A DNA stretch of 64,000 nt from an uncultured Syntrophus sp. (GCA_963665935.1 OY762510.1:1256347-1320346); one strand, 5' to 3'; shown: positions 38,925-49,124, counted from the first letter of the stretch. Numbers and translations: made by a program. Notes: generated by a model from the letters alone, not told the origin.

Positions 38925-39288
38925 CTGTCCCCCAATCGATCTTTCATCTCCCCCGTCCTGTCCTTTTCGGCAGGTGAGAAATTCATTGCCTTGGTATCTG
39001 CTCCTTGGAGTCCCTTCGGGTACGGCTTTGCCGTCCCCACAGGACCACCTTGATACCATTTTTGATCCGGAATTGGAATAACCGGCTAACTGTGTTGCTT
39101 TTCTTGCCGCCGAATTGTTTTTTTAAAGGCGATTCGATATAACCTGTGGGGGCTTGCGAGCGGAACCGGAATGACGATCGAAATAAAAGGATTGAATGTT
39201 AATGAATTTGGTGACAGTATTATTTGTTAATAATTTTAATTTAAATTTATCTTTCAAGAGAGTGCGATTGTCACTGCTAAGGATACCA

Positions 39289-40869
39289 ATGGAACCCAAC
39301 ATGGAAAATTCCGAACCCGAATTACCACCTTCAAAAGAAAGTAACTCTGATTCCCTCCGGGAAGAACCGATTCTTGAGCCGGCCAATGCCCTGGCGGAGG
39401 TCCGTCTGGAAGAATTGTCTCCGGCCATGCAGACCGCTGCAACCAACGCCGGGTGGACTTCACTGCTGGATGTCCAGGCGAAGGCGATCCCCTATATCCT
39501 GGCCCGGCGGGATCTCATGATCCAGTCAAAAACGGGCAGTGGAAAGACGGGGGCCTATCTCCTGCCCATTCTGGAACGCATCAACCCTCGGGAAGCTGTC
39601 TGCCAGGTCCTGATTCTTGTACCGACGCGGGAACTGGCCCTTCAGGTTTCGAAAGAAGCCCTCCTGTTGAGCGGTTCTTCAGGCGTTCGAACAGCCGTCG
39701 CCTATGGTGGCGTGGGGTATAATCTCCAACTGGAGGCTTTCCGGGAAGGGGCGCACCTCGTTATCGGAACGCCGGGCAGAATCCTGGATCATCTGATGCG
39801 GGGTTCACTGTCGCTGAAGAGGCTGACGATTCTGGTCTTCGACGAGGCGGACCGCATGCTTTCCATGGGGTTTTATCCGGACATGCGGCGGATCCAGGAA
39901 TTCATCCCCCGCGAAATCAACGGTTACCTGCTGTCGGCCACGTTCCCTGCGCACGTCCTTCGCCTTGCCGGGGAATTCCTGAGAAAACCGGAATTGTTGA
40001 GCTTAAGCCGGGATTCGGTCCATGTGACGGAGACGGAGCACGTTTACTATGTTGTGCCGGGAATGGGCAAGGAACGTTCTCTGGTGCGGATTATCGAAGC
40101 GGAAAATCCCGTTTCCGCCATAATCTTCTGCAACACCAAGTCCGCGGTCCATTTCGTGAGCGTCGTCCTGAAACGTTTCGGTTATGACGCCGATGAACTG
40201 AGTTCCGAACTGAGCCAGAAAGACCGGGAAAAAGTCATGGCGCGGATCAAAAATGGATACCTTCGGTTTCTGGTGGCTACGGATGTTGCTGCGCGCGGCA
40301 TTGATATTCCGGATCTCTCCCATGTCATTCAGTATGAACCCCCTGAGGATCCCGAGGCCTATATTCACCGCGCCGGTCGGACCGGTCGCAAGGGGGCAAG
40401 CGGCACGGCCATTTCTCTTGTCGCCGAAATGGAGCAGTTCCGGTTGAGGGATATTGCGAAGTCCTTCAGTATCAATCTTCAGGAACGGACTCTACCTGGC
40501 GACGAGGAAGTGGAAACCATCGTGTCTCAGCGGGTGACCGCTCTGCTGGAGGCCAAGCTGAGGATGCGCGACCAGCTGCAGGTGGAACACATGCAGCGCT
40601 TTCTCCCTCTGGTTAAGAGCCTCCTGCAGAATGAAGAAGAAATGGCCCTGATCGCCATGCTTCTGGATGATTTTTACCAGACAACCCTGAACACGCCGCC
40701 TCCTCAGCCGCCTGAACTGCGTCCATCGACCGCAGCCGAGAAGGAGCCCCACCCCGGCTCCGTTTCTGGTGCAAAGAAGAAGCGGCATCGACGCAAATCT
40801 TCCCGAAGCTCTACCCAGCAGACGTCGGAAAGCGGGACATCCGCTGAAGCAACGGAGAAGGACGGATAG
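39289..40869 (+). CDS. DEAD-box ATP-dependent RNA helicase with a basic, Ser-rich C-terminal tail
   Basis: Motifs SKTGSGKT, PTRELA, DEAD (VFDEADRML), SAT and HRAGRTGR. The start is placed at ATG 39289 (39301 is also possible). The upstream part of the track ORF lies in AT-rich leader. Confidence 0.88.
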   Translation: MEPNMENSEPELPPSKESNSDSLREEPILEPANALAEVRLEELSPAMQTAATNAGWTSLLDVQAKAIPYILARRDLMIQSKTGSGKTGAYLLPILERINPREAVCQVLILVPTRELALQVSKEALLLSGSSGVRTAVAYGGVGYNLQLEAFREGAHLVIGTPGRILDHLMRGSLSLKRLTILVFDEADRMLSMGFYPDMRRIQEFIPREINGYLLSATFPAHVLRLAGEFLRKPELLSLSRDSVHVTETEHVYYVVPGMGKERSLVRIIEAENPVSAIIFCNTKSAVHFVSVVLKRFGYDADELSSELSQKDREKVMARIKNGYLRFLVATDVAARGIDIPDLSHVIQYEPPEDPEAYIHRAGRTGRKGASGTAISLVAEMEQFRLRDIAKSFSINLQERTLPGDEEVETIVSQRVTALLEAKLRMRDQLQVEHMQRFLPLVKSLLQNEEEMALIAMLLDDFYQTTLNTPPPQPPELRPSTAAEKEPHPGSVSGAKKKRHRRKSSRSSTQQTSESGTSAEATEKDG

Positions 40870-41320
40870 GAATTTACCCAAAAGATTTTCTCCACCGGCC
40901 GTATCCGCTTAACCTGAAAACCCCGATTCTGCTGAAGGTGGCTCTGACCCGATTGTTGCCGGGTCGATTGTCCGGATGCGTGACCTCCTCGCCTCCTCGC
41001 ATGCTTTGGTATCCAGTGTTTCCTTTCCAGGCACATCCTGTTAAATCCCCTCCAGGCGGGCGGTTTGTTGCGCTGTAAGTGAAAATCCTCATTGAAATGG
41101 CGACTGTTTTGAGCAAGGGCACGGAAGCTGCAAACTTATAGTAAAGATGATGCAGGATTTCGGGAGAGTACTTCCAATTCCAGAGTAAAAAGGAAGGCAA
41201 CGCGGCAAGGCACAGACGGGACAGGCCTGCGGCAGCGTGCGCCGAGGAGCCGGTAAACGAAGTTGACGAATCAAGCCCGTGAATTTGGAATTGGAATAAT
41301 GCGATTTTCGAGGTGACACG

Positions 41321-43168
41321 ATGAGTGCTCTGCAGAATATTCTTTCCCGGATGGCCGAGACCCCGCTGATTTTTGATGGGGCGATGGGGACGATGCTCTA
41401 TGATAAAGGGGTTTTTATTCAAACCTGCTATGATGATTTGTGCCTGACCAGTCCCGGGCTGATCCGGGAAATTCATGAACAGTATACGCAAGCCGGCGCG
41501 GAGGTCCTGGAAACCAATTCTTTCGGCGCCAATCGGATCAAACTCCGGTCCTATGGACTGGCTGAAAAGGTGGCCGATATCAATCGTGCCGCCGTTCGGC
41601 TTACCCGCCAGGCGGCCGGGCAGAAGCTGTATGTCGCCGGTTCCGTGGGACCTTGCACCCAGGGGGGGCAGGTGATCGCAGGACCGGAAATTCTGGAGGT
41701 TGAAGCCGCTTTCCGGGAGCAGATGGAAGCCTTGACCGGGGAAGGCGTTGATCTGCTTCTTCTGGAAACATTCAGTGATTTTAAAGAATTGCAATTGGCT
41801 GCCCGGATTGCGCGGAAGACTGGGGTGCCGGTGCTGGCCTCCTTTGCCGTCGATGAAGAGGGAGAGACGGCAGCCGGAACGCCGGCGGAAAAGATGGCTG
41901 CGGCCCTGGAGACCGATCCCAACGTGGATGTGATCGGTTTGAACTGTGGCACCGGTCCGGCTGGGATTTACGAGGCCCTGCTGAAAATTCTGCCCCAGGT
42001 GAGTAAACCGGTGGTTGTCATGCCCAATGCCGGGATGCCGAGGACTGTCGGGGGCAGGACCCTCTATCTGGCCAATCCGGAATATTTTACCGAGTACGCC
42101 AAAAAATTCATCGAACTGGGTGTCCGCGGGATCGGCGGCTGCTGCGGCGTCACTCCGGAGCATATTGCCACCGCGGCCCGGGCTGTCCGGGGGCTCAGCG
42201 GCGTTCGGAAGCATATTGAAATCGTGTCCCGCGAGCCTGCTCCGACACAGTTGCAGAGCATTCCGACGGCTGAGAAATCCCGTCTGGCGGCCAAGATGCT
42301 TTCCGGGCAGAAGGTGACTTCCGTGGAAATTCTTCCCCCCCGGGCCAGTGATTTCAGTAATATGCTTGCCAAGGTCCGTCGGTGCCATGAAGCCGGGATT
42401 GATGCCATCAACATTCCCGACGGACCCAGGGCCAGCGCCCGGGTATCGCCCATGATCACAGCCCTGGTCATCCTCAAGGAAGTAGGGATCGAGCCGGTGG
42501 TCCATTACTGTTGCCGGGACCGGAATCTCATTGGAATGCAGAGTGATCTGCTGGGCGGATATGCCGTAGGTCTCGCCAATTACCTGATTATAACCGGTGA
42601 TCCACCGAAACTGGGAAACTGTCCGGAAGCCACGGGCGTCTTCGATGTGGATGCCATCGGCCTCACGAAGGTGATCCATAATCTGAATACCGGCTGGGAT
42701 ATCGGCGGCAGTCCCGTAGATCCTCCCACGGGGATTCTGATCGGCGTGGGCGCAAACCCCTGCGCCGTGGATATGGAGCGGGAAATCGACCGATATTTCC
42801 TGAAAATCGAGGCGGGTGCCGAATTTGCCATAACGCAGCCGGTCTTTGATGTGGAGGCGCTGTTGCGCTTTCTTGACCGGGTGGAAAAATACCCGAAACG
42901 GATCCCTGTTCTGGCCGGCGTCTGGCCCCTCCTGAGTTACCGGAATGCGGAATTCATGAACAATGAAGTCCCGGGCGTCGTGGTGCCGGAGGCAATTCTT
43001 CGTCGGATGGCAGAATGCGCAACGGGAGAAGAGAGCCGGCGTGCCGGAATCGAGATCGCCAGGACCATCTGCACGGAAGTCCATGACCGGGTGGCTGGTT
43101 TTCAGGTGTCTGCTCCCTTGAACAATGTAGAAATCGCCCTTGCCGTGCTGGGAAAAGGCGAAGTCTAA
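41321..43168 (+). CDS. bifunctional homocysteine S-methyltransferase / methylenetetrahydrofolate reductase (YitJ-like fusion)
   Basis: 615 aa. The N-terminus is S-methyl_trans-like (LIFDGAMGTMLYDKG...ETNSFGAN...GLNCG...GGCCG). The C-terminus is MTHFR-like (SVEILPPR...ITGDPP). The 960-aa ORF on the opposite strand is its shadow. Confidence 0.85.
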   Translation: MSALQNILSRMAETPLIFDGAMGTMLYDKGVFIQTCYDDLCLTSPGLIREIHEQYTQAGAEVLETNSFGANRIKLRSYGLAEKVADINRAAVRLTRQAAGQKLYVAGSVGPCTQGGQVIAGPEILEVEAAFREQMEALTGEGVDLLLLETFSDFKELQLAARIARKTGVPVLASFAVDEEGETAAGTPAEKMAAALETDPNVDVIGLNCGTGPAGIYEALLKILPQVSKPVVVMPNAGMPRTVGGRTLYLANPEYFTEYAKKFIELGVRGIGGCCGVTPEHIATAARAVRGLSGVRKHIEIVSREPAPTQLQSIPTAEKSRLAAKMLSGQKVTSVEILPPRASDFSNMLAKVRRCHEAGIDAINIPDGPRASARVSPMITALVILKEVGIEPVVHYCCRDRNLIGMQSDLLGGYAVGLANYLIITGDPPKLGNCPEATGVFDVDAIGLTKVIHNLNTGWDIGGSPVDPPTGILIGVGANPCAVDMEREIDRYFLKIEAGAEFAITQPVFDVEALLRFLDRVEKYPKRIPVLAGVWPLLSYRNAEFMNNEVPGVVVPEAILRRMAECATGEESRRAGIEIARTICTEVHDRVAGFQVSAPLNNVEIALAVLGKGEV

Positions 43169-43306
43169 GGGAGGAGAGAGAAGACTTTTTGTATGGAAAT
43201 CATGGTTCGACACTGGTATGAAAAAAAGGGAATCATCCAAACGAATTAATAGGTTAATGGATCTGAGTTTCAGCGAAAAAATTAATTTGCCTAGAGTGAT
43301 GTCGCG

Positions 43307-44146
43307 ATGATTGTTCGGTGCTGGGGAGCAAGAGGGTCCATTTCCGTTTCCGGGAAAGAATACCTGAAATATGGGGGCGATACGAGCTGTATCGAAATTC
43401 GGACGCAGGAGAAAAAAGTCATTATTGTTGACGCCGGTTCCGGGATCCGGGGGCTGGGGAATCAGCTGCTGGAAGAGCACCGTTTCGAATACACCATGCT
43501 CTTTACCCATGCTCACTGGGATCACGTGATCGGATTTCCCTTCTTCAAGCCGATCTACCATCCGGGAGTGCGCATGGAGATTTTCGGCTGTCCCTTTGTT
43601 GCGACTTCTGCCCAGGAGATGCTCTCGCGCATTCTGAGGCCGCCGAACTTTCCCCTCACTCTTGCTGACCTCCGCGCTCATCTGACCTGCCGGACATCCT
43701 GCGTTGAACCCTTTGAAATCGGTTCCATGCGGATAACTCCCATTCCCTTGAGTCACCCTGACGGTGGGGGCGGCTATCGTTTTGAGGAGGATGGCAAAAG
43801 TTTCGTTCTGTTGACAGATAATGAATTAACATACCGTCATCCCGGTGGGCTGAACTATGAAGATTATATCCGGTTTTGCGAGGGGGCGGATCTGCTCATC
43901 CATGATGCGGAATATACCGAGGCGGACTATCTGAAAAAAAAGGCATGGGGGCATACCGTTTACCGTGATGCCCTGCGCCTGGCTATGGATGCGGGGGTTG
44001 CGAAACTGGGGCTGTTCCATCATAATCAAGACCGGACGGATTCGGAGCTTGACGCCATGGTGGAAGATTGCCGCAGATCGATTCTCTTGGGAGAGCATCG
44101 GCTGGATTGCTTTGCCCTGCAGCAGAAAATGGAAATTTATCTATAG
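43307..44146 (+). CDS. MBL-fold metallo-hydrolase
   Basis: 279 aa with the THAHWDH metal motif and downstream His/Asp ligands (LSHPDGG, HDAEY). Confidence 0.8.
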   Translation: MIVRCWGARGSISVSGKEYLKYGGDTSCIEIRTQEKKVIIVDAGSGIRGLGNQLLEEHRFEYTMLFTHAHWDHVIGFPFFKPIYHPGVRMEIFGCPFVATSAQEMLSRILRPPNFPLTLADLRAHLTCRTSCVEPFEIGSMRITPIPLSHPDGGGGYRFEEDGKSFVLLTDNELTYRHPGGLNYEDYIRFCEGADLLIHDAEYTEADYLKKKAWGHTVYRDALRLAMDAGVAKLGLFHHNQDRTDSELDAMVEDCRRSILLGEHRLDCFALQQKMEIYL

Positions 44147-44257
44147 AAAAATTTGGAATGCGGCGCCGGGAATTTATCGTCAAGCCGCTTATTCATAAAC
44201 GCAATGGCAAAAGAAACATGGATAAGCCGGAGCGTCCGGAAGAACAGGAGGTTGAAA

Positions 44258-44662
44258 ATGCCGCAGATTCTGATTGTGGAAGATGATGATGAACTTCGAT
44301 CCGTTTTGAAAGAGGTCCTGGAACAGGAAGGATACGGAGTGGTTGAAGCGGCAGATGGTAGGGCTGCCATGGAAATGCAGCGTATGACGGGGGCTGATCT
44401 CGTGATTACCGACCTTATCATGCCGGAAATGGATGGCATTGAAACCATCATGGCCCTGCGGAAAGGATTCCCCTGGGTGAAGATCATTGCCATGTCCGGT
44501 GGCCACCGCGCCGGACCGAGGGCGTTTCTGAACCTGGCCAAGGCGCTGGGGGCGCATCGGACGCTGCATAAACCTTTTGTATTTGAGGATATGCTGACGG
44601 CCGTTGGGGAACTTCTGGAAGAGACGCCCTGGGACGGTCCGGGGGGCCGCATTTTGTCCTGA
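44258..44662 (+). CDS. single-domain response regulator
   Basis: MPQILIVEDDDELRS...DLVITDLIMPEMDGIE...IIAMSG...LHKPF. AGGAGG lies 6 nt upstream of the ATG at 44258. The track start at 44153 is unlikely. Confidence 0.88.
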   Translation: MPQILIVEDDDELRSVLKEVLEQEGYGVVEAADGRAAMEMQRMTGADLVITDLIMPEMDGIETIMALRKGFPWVKIIAMSGGHRAGPRAFLNLAKALGAHRTLHKPFVFEDMLTAVGELLEETPWDGPGGRILS

Positions 44663-44725
44663 GGAATCCATTGTTGGCAACCAGGAAACGATCTGCCGGC
44701 AAGGGCGAAAGGAGTTGGGAGTTTC

Positions 44726-45025
44726 ATGCGCAGAGTGGGTTCCGAAAAACTGGAACCAGGAATGATCCTGGCTAAGCCGATCCTGATGAAAAACGGGATG
44801 GTCCTCTTCGGAGAGGGGACGGAATTAACGGAGAATTACATCGAGCGGATTCGGAGCATGGCCGTTGAGGCCATCCAGATTGAAGGCAGTGCGCCTTCCA
44901 CCGAATCCCGGGAAAAACTGCTGGCGGATCTGGAGGCAAGATTCCGTCCCGTGGAGCAGCAACCGCACATGAGTCTGTTGAAGCGGCTGGTTGAAGAACA
45001 TATTACCGAGAATTATGAAAATTAG
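44726..45025 (+). CDS. small protein resembling the DUF3391-type N-terminal module of HD-GYP proteins
   Basis: 99 aa: VGSEKLEPGMILAKPILMKNGMVLFGEGTELTENYIERIRSMAVEAIQI. The family assignment is from memory of the pattern only. Confidence 0.5.
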   Translation: MRRVGSEKLEPGMILAKPILMKNGMVLFGEGTELTENYIERIRSMAVEAIQIEGSAPSTESREKLLADLEARFRPVEQQPHMSLLKRLVEEHITENYEN

Positions 45026-45060
45026 GTGCTGAGAACGGGACCCCGGGATAAGGTCATGCC

Positions 45061-45888
45061 ATGGATATAAGGATGTTGCGCCAAAAGGTGGAAAGGATCG
45101 AAATGCTGCCCACGATTCCCGATGTGATCAAGCGTCTTGCGGTCATTGTCGGAAATCCAAAAATCTCTCTCAGTGAAATCAGCAGCTTTATTTCCAGTGA
45201 TCCGGCACTCACCAGCAGAATCCTGAAGATGGTAAATTCCGCCATTTTTGGTTTTCCGGGAAGGATCTCCTCCGTCACCCATGCGGTGACGCTCCTGGGT
45301 TTCAATGTGATCAAGGGGCTGCTGATGGGGGTCACGGTTCTGGATCTCATGCAGACGGCGATGGTCGGTCTTCGGGAGCATTCCGTCGGCTGTGCCATAG
45401 CGGCGCGGACGATCGCGGAAATGAAGGGGATGAAGAATACGGAGGATGCGTCTGTGGGCGGCCTGCTTCATGATCTCGGCAAGGTGATCCTGCTGCTTCA
45501 ATTTCCCCAGGATTATAAAATGGTCCTGGAAGCGACGGACCAGAAGGGGATGCTGATCTTCGATGCCGAGAAGGCTCACTTCTCTGAAACACATGCGGCG
45601 GTCGGTTTGTGGCTTGCTGAAAAATGGAAGTTCCCTAAAAATCTGACAGACGTCATTGCCTACCACCACAAACCCCATCTGGCGAAAAATGCCCCTGTAG
45701 ATACCGCCATCGTCCATCTGGCGGACATTCTGGTCAGGGCCATGGGGTTTGGTTATGCCGGCGATGCCTTTGTCCCGGCGGTTTCTCCCGCCTCCTTTGA
45801 ACAGCTCAATCTCAGCGAAGAGGATATCCGGGAAGTCCTGAGGAACATCGAATCCATGCGGGGCATGGGGGATGATCCGGCATGGTGA
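45061..45888 (+). CDS. HDOD-domain protein
   Basis: 275 aa: LPTIPDVIKRLAVIVGNPKISLSEISSFISSDPALTSRILKMVNSAIFG...GLLHDLGK...HH. Confidence 0.85.
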   Translation: MDIRMLRQKVERIEMLPTIPDVIKRLAVIVGNPKISLSEISSFISSDPALTSRILKMVNSAIFGFPGRISSVTHAVTLLGFNVIKGLLMGVTVLDLMQTAMVGLREHSVGCAIAARTIAEMKGMKNTEDASVGGLLHDLGKVILLLQFPQDYKMVLEATDQKGMLIFDAEKAHFSETHAAVGLWLAEKWKFPKNLTDVIAYHHKPHLAKNAPVDTAIVHLADILVRAMGFGYAGDAFVPAVSPASFEQLNLSEEDIREVLRNIESMRGMGDDPAW

Positions 45889-46865
45889 ATCGAAAAACCA
45901 TTGTGATCATCGGCAGAAATCCTGTCATGGTTTCCCTCCTGGAACAGAAACTGCGCGCCTCCCATTCCATCGCCACCTTTAACCGGATTCAGCAGGCCCT
46001 GGACTTTCTCTACACGAACCTGCCGGATCTGGTGATCATCGAATGGCAAAAGGAGGACGACGCGACGGCAGACGCCCTGCGGACGTTCAAGGCCGAGCCC
46101 CTTTTCAGCCAGCTTCCCTTTCTCGCGATCCTGGACGAACCAGGGTCTGCCGTGAATTGGGATATCCTCCCCGTCGAGGATTACCTCCGCAGGACGGATC
46201 TCGAAGCGGAGGCGATCAACCGCGTGGAGCTCTGCCTCCTGCGGTCCGAGCGGTTGATCGAGATCAACCCCCTGACCCGGCTGCCAGGAAATATCTCCAT
46301 CAACCGTGAGATCCAGGCGCGGCTCGATCGGGATGGGGAGTTTGACTTGGCCTATGCCGATCTGGATCAGTTCAAACCCTTCAACGACAAATATGGTTTC
46401 AGCCGGGGCGATGAGGTCCTCCGCGTCATGGGGCGCTTGATTCTCAGCATTGTTCAAAGCCGGCAGCCCCAGGGAAGCTATATCGGCCATATCGGGGGCG
46501 ATGATTTCATTTTCCTCATGGATGTCGGCTTCGCAGAGTCTGCATCGGAAGCCATTATCGAGGCTTTTGACCAGATTATCCCGACTTTTTATGATGCCGA
46601 TGACCGGGGGCGGGGCTATATCGAATCTATCGACCGGCAGGGACAGACCCGGCATTTTCCCTTGATGACGGTTTCCATCGGCGGAGTGACCCATCACCGC
46701 AACCGGCGGCTTTCCCATTACGGGGAGCTGACAGAGGCGGTTTCCCAGATGAAGAAATACGCCAAATCTTTCCCCGGCAGTTGCTTCCGCTCGGATAAAC
46801 GTTCCGCTGTTCCGGCAGATTCCCCTGCCACACTTTCTTCCATTCCCTGCCATGAAATTGGTTAA
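45882..46865 (+). CDS. pseudo-receiver fused to a GGDEF domain (variant GGDDF)
   Basis: 327 aa. The start overlaps the HDOD stop (ATGGTGA). The REC-like N-terminus lacks the DD pocket and has Glu at the acceptor position (DLVIIEW). The GGDEF domain reads NPLTRLPGN...YADLDQFKPFNDKYG...HIGGDDFIFL. There is no RxxD I-site 5 residues upstream. Confidence 0.8.
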   Translation: MVNRKTIVIIGRNPVMVSLLEQKLRASHSIATFNRIQQALDFLYTNLPDLVIIEWQKEDDATADALRTFKAEPLFSQLPFLAILDEPGSAVNWDILPVEDYLRRTDLEAEAINRVELCLLRSERLIEINPLTRLPGNISINREIQARLDRDGEFDLAYADLDQFKPFNDKYGFSRGDEVLRVMGRLILSIVQSRQPQGSYIGHIGGDDFIFLMDVGFAESASEAIIEAFDQIIPTFYDADDRGRGYIESIDRQGQTRHFPLMTVSIGGVTHHRNRRLSHYGELTEAVSQMKKYAKSFPGSCFRSDKRSAVPADSPATLSSIPCHEIG

Positions 46866-46975
46866 TCACGCAAAACCATACTTTTAAAAAGTCTTTCTTC
46901 TTTTCGCAGGCAAAGTTGTCTTGTAAATAAATGCCGGAATGATGTCCGAAATTTGCTTTTTCGGCGGGGCGTGCT

Positions 46976-48334
46976 ATGGTGCAGACCATGCAACCACGAA
47001 TTCTTCCCCGGAAGGAACACCGGATATCCCGAAAGCAGATAAGCCCGAATGTGATACGCACACTCTATCGACTCCGTGACAAAGGCTTCATTGCTTACCT
47101 GGTCGGAGGCTGTGTCCGCGACTTGCTCCTGGAGCGCACCCCCAAAGACTTCGATATCGCCACAAACGCCACACCCAATCAGATCAAACGGCTCTTTCGC
47201 AACTGCCGTCTGGTCGGCCGCCGTTTCAGGTTGGCTCATCTTCACTTTCAGGACGAAATCCTCGAAGTTTCCACGTTCCGAGCTGCGGCCCCCTCTGATG
47301 AGGGGGACATGGATGAGCCCGGTCCAGAGAATCGTCCTCTGCGGCACCTCAAGGACAGCGATGGAATGGTCCTCCGTGACAACGTCTTTGGCACGCCGGA
47401 AGAGGATGCACTCCGCCGTGACTTCACGATCAATGCCCTTGCCTACAATATTGCAGATTTTTCGGTGATTGACTACTCAACCGGACTGAGCGACCTCCAC
47501 GAGGGACTGATCCGTCCCATTGGCGACCCCTATGAACGGTTTACCGAAGATCCGGTGCGAATGCTCCGGGCTGTTCGCTTTGCCGCAACCCATAACTTTG
47601 CCATCGAACCCGCTACATGGGAGATCCTCTGTGACCTGTCTTCCACGATTTCCCGCGCTTCACCGGCAAGGCTCTATGAAGAGATTCTGAAACTCTTCCT
47701 GCATGGCGCTGCGCAATCCGTTTTCGGTCTTCTGGAAACAAGCGGACTCCTTACTGCACTTTTCCCTATGCTCAGTCAGTGGCTCAGCCGAAGCAGCCAT
47801 CACCGGGCCATCGTATTCGGTAATCTTGAATGCCTCGACCGGCTATGCCAAAGTGGCACACCGCCATCACCGTCGCTCTTCCTTGTCGCATTCTTCGGCC
47901 CCAGCCTGGAGGAAGCGGCGCTTGAACACCAGAGGGGCGGTATCCCCCGCCAGCAGGCACTGGATGCTGCTTGTACGGCGTCCTTGCAAGAACTCCGCAA
48001 AACCGTGAGCATCCCCGGACGGGTCGGCACTCAACTGAGAAGCATCCTCGTCATGCAGCCATCAATGCACAGAAGGCCACCGCGTCGACCTTCTGTCATG
48101 GTCAACAGACCAGAGTTTGCAGAGGCATTGGCATACCTGCGCCTCACAGTAGAGTCCAGACGGGAAAGTCAGGCTGTTCTGAAATGGTGGGAAGCCTTCC
48201 TTTCCGGGACGCCTCCCTCAATGGATTCAGCACCCCCTGCAAATACGGCCCCGGCAAAAAGACGGAGAAAGAGACGACGCCGACATCGCCCTGCCGCACC
48301 GACTGCCGCAAGCCCTCTGGCGCTTGAGGAGTGA
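46976..48334 (+). CDS. pcnB: poly(A) polymerase I / tRNA nucleotidyltransferase-family protein
   Basis: Carries YLVGGCVRDLLLERTPKDFDIATNATPNQIKRLFRNCRLVGRRFRLAHLHF and an Arg/Lys-rich C-terminal tail. Confidence 0.8.
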   Translation: MVQTMQPRILPRKEHRISRKQISPNVIRTLYRLRDKGFIAYLVGGCVRDLLLERTPKDFDIATNATPNQIKRLFRNCRLVGRRFRLAHLHFQDEILEVSTFRAAAPSDEGDMDEPGPENRPLRHLKDSDGMVLRDNVFGTPEEDALRRDFTINALAYNIADFSVIDYSTGLSDLHEGLIRPIGDPYERFTEDPVRMLRAVRFAATHNFAIEPATWEILCDLSSTISRASPARLYEEILKLFLHGAAQSVFGLLETSGLLTALFPMLSQWLSRSSHHRAIVFGNLECLDRLCQSGTPPSPSLFLVAFFGPSLEEAALEHQRGGIPRQQALDAACTASLQELRKTVSIPGRVGTQLRSILVMQPSMHRRPPRRPSVMVNRPEFAEALAYLRLTVESRRESQAVLKWWEAFLSGTPPSMDSAPPANTAPAKRRRKRRRRHRPAAPTAASPLALEE

Positions 48335-49124
48335 TAACATCCTCTTTGGGAAGTGACTCATGCCCTGACTCTCTTCGCTGATTTGTCTCAGGTTGTTTCT
48401 GATATGAGGATCTTGTTCGGGGGACATGCCAAGCTCAAATACAAAGGCATGCGCTGGATTTTCGGGGCAGATCATTGAATCGCAGTTCAAACAAGCATCG
48501 TCTCGTCAGCCAATTTTCAGCTCATGTAACCGATCAACTACTTCCTGTAAGTAAGCATCCGATGATTTTGACAGTTATGCTTTGTTTCAAACGGTATTCA
48601 ATATTGACTGAAAGCGACAAATAAGGCTCATCCTGAACAACGAAAATCATCGATATCAACACATCATTGGACAAAATGTATTATTGTGTCCAATCAATTC
48701 AGTTCCCCTGATCAACCTTTGGGAAAAATAAGCGGGGTACTTTGCATTGTCGGGGGTTGATATGGGGATAGATTGAAAACGGACAAACCTGAAATAAACG
48801 CTATTATTGGGAAAGATCCTTCACTTCGATGCCCTATATAGCGATAGAGGTGTTTTTTCAGTTTTCCGGATGCGACAAGTTTTTCAAATCGGAAAACTTG
48901 AAAACGTATATTAAAAGAGTAAAGTAAGGATTATCAATAAATCGTCGGTTTTTTTTACATATTTCATTCTTTGCCTGTTTAGATTTACAGCTCATTAAAT
49001 TTGTTGATGATCCATTAGTCACCATAGATATTTTTTAAAAAATGTGTCGTAATTCTTTACGATTCTAACCTTAATAAAAAGTATATATACACAAAGTCAT
49101 AATAATATCAAGTAACTGTAAACA

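Noticed and set aside
41060-41110. A partial cobalamin-riboswitch-like string, GTGAAAATCC-N11-GCGACTGT, in the yitJ-like leader.
   Set aside because: - The upstream GGGAA element is missing.
- The downstream GCCACTG box is imperfect and a B12-box pairing partner is missing.
- B12 riboswitches are not expected on this gene class.
- A covariance-model scan would be needed before any call.
40874-43756. A 960-aa ORF on the minus strand, the longest unexplained ORF in the window.
   Set aside because: - It is exactly antisense to two well-supported plus-strand genes, the YitJ-like fusion and the MBL hydrolase.
- It has the Gly/Pro/Arg/His-rich, motif-free composition typical of shadow frames in GC-rich coding DNA.
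- I see no recognisable domain.
- That it also stays open across two intergenic gaps is unusual, but this alone is not evidence of coding.
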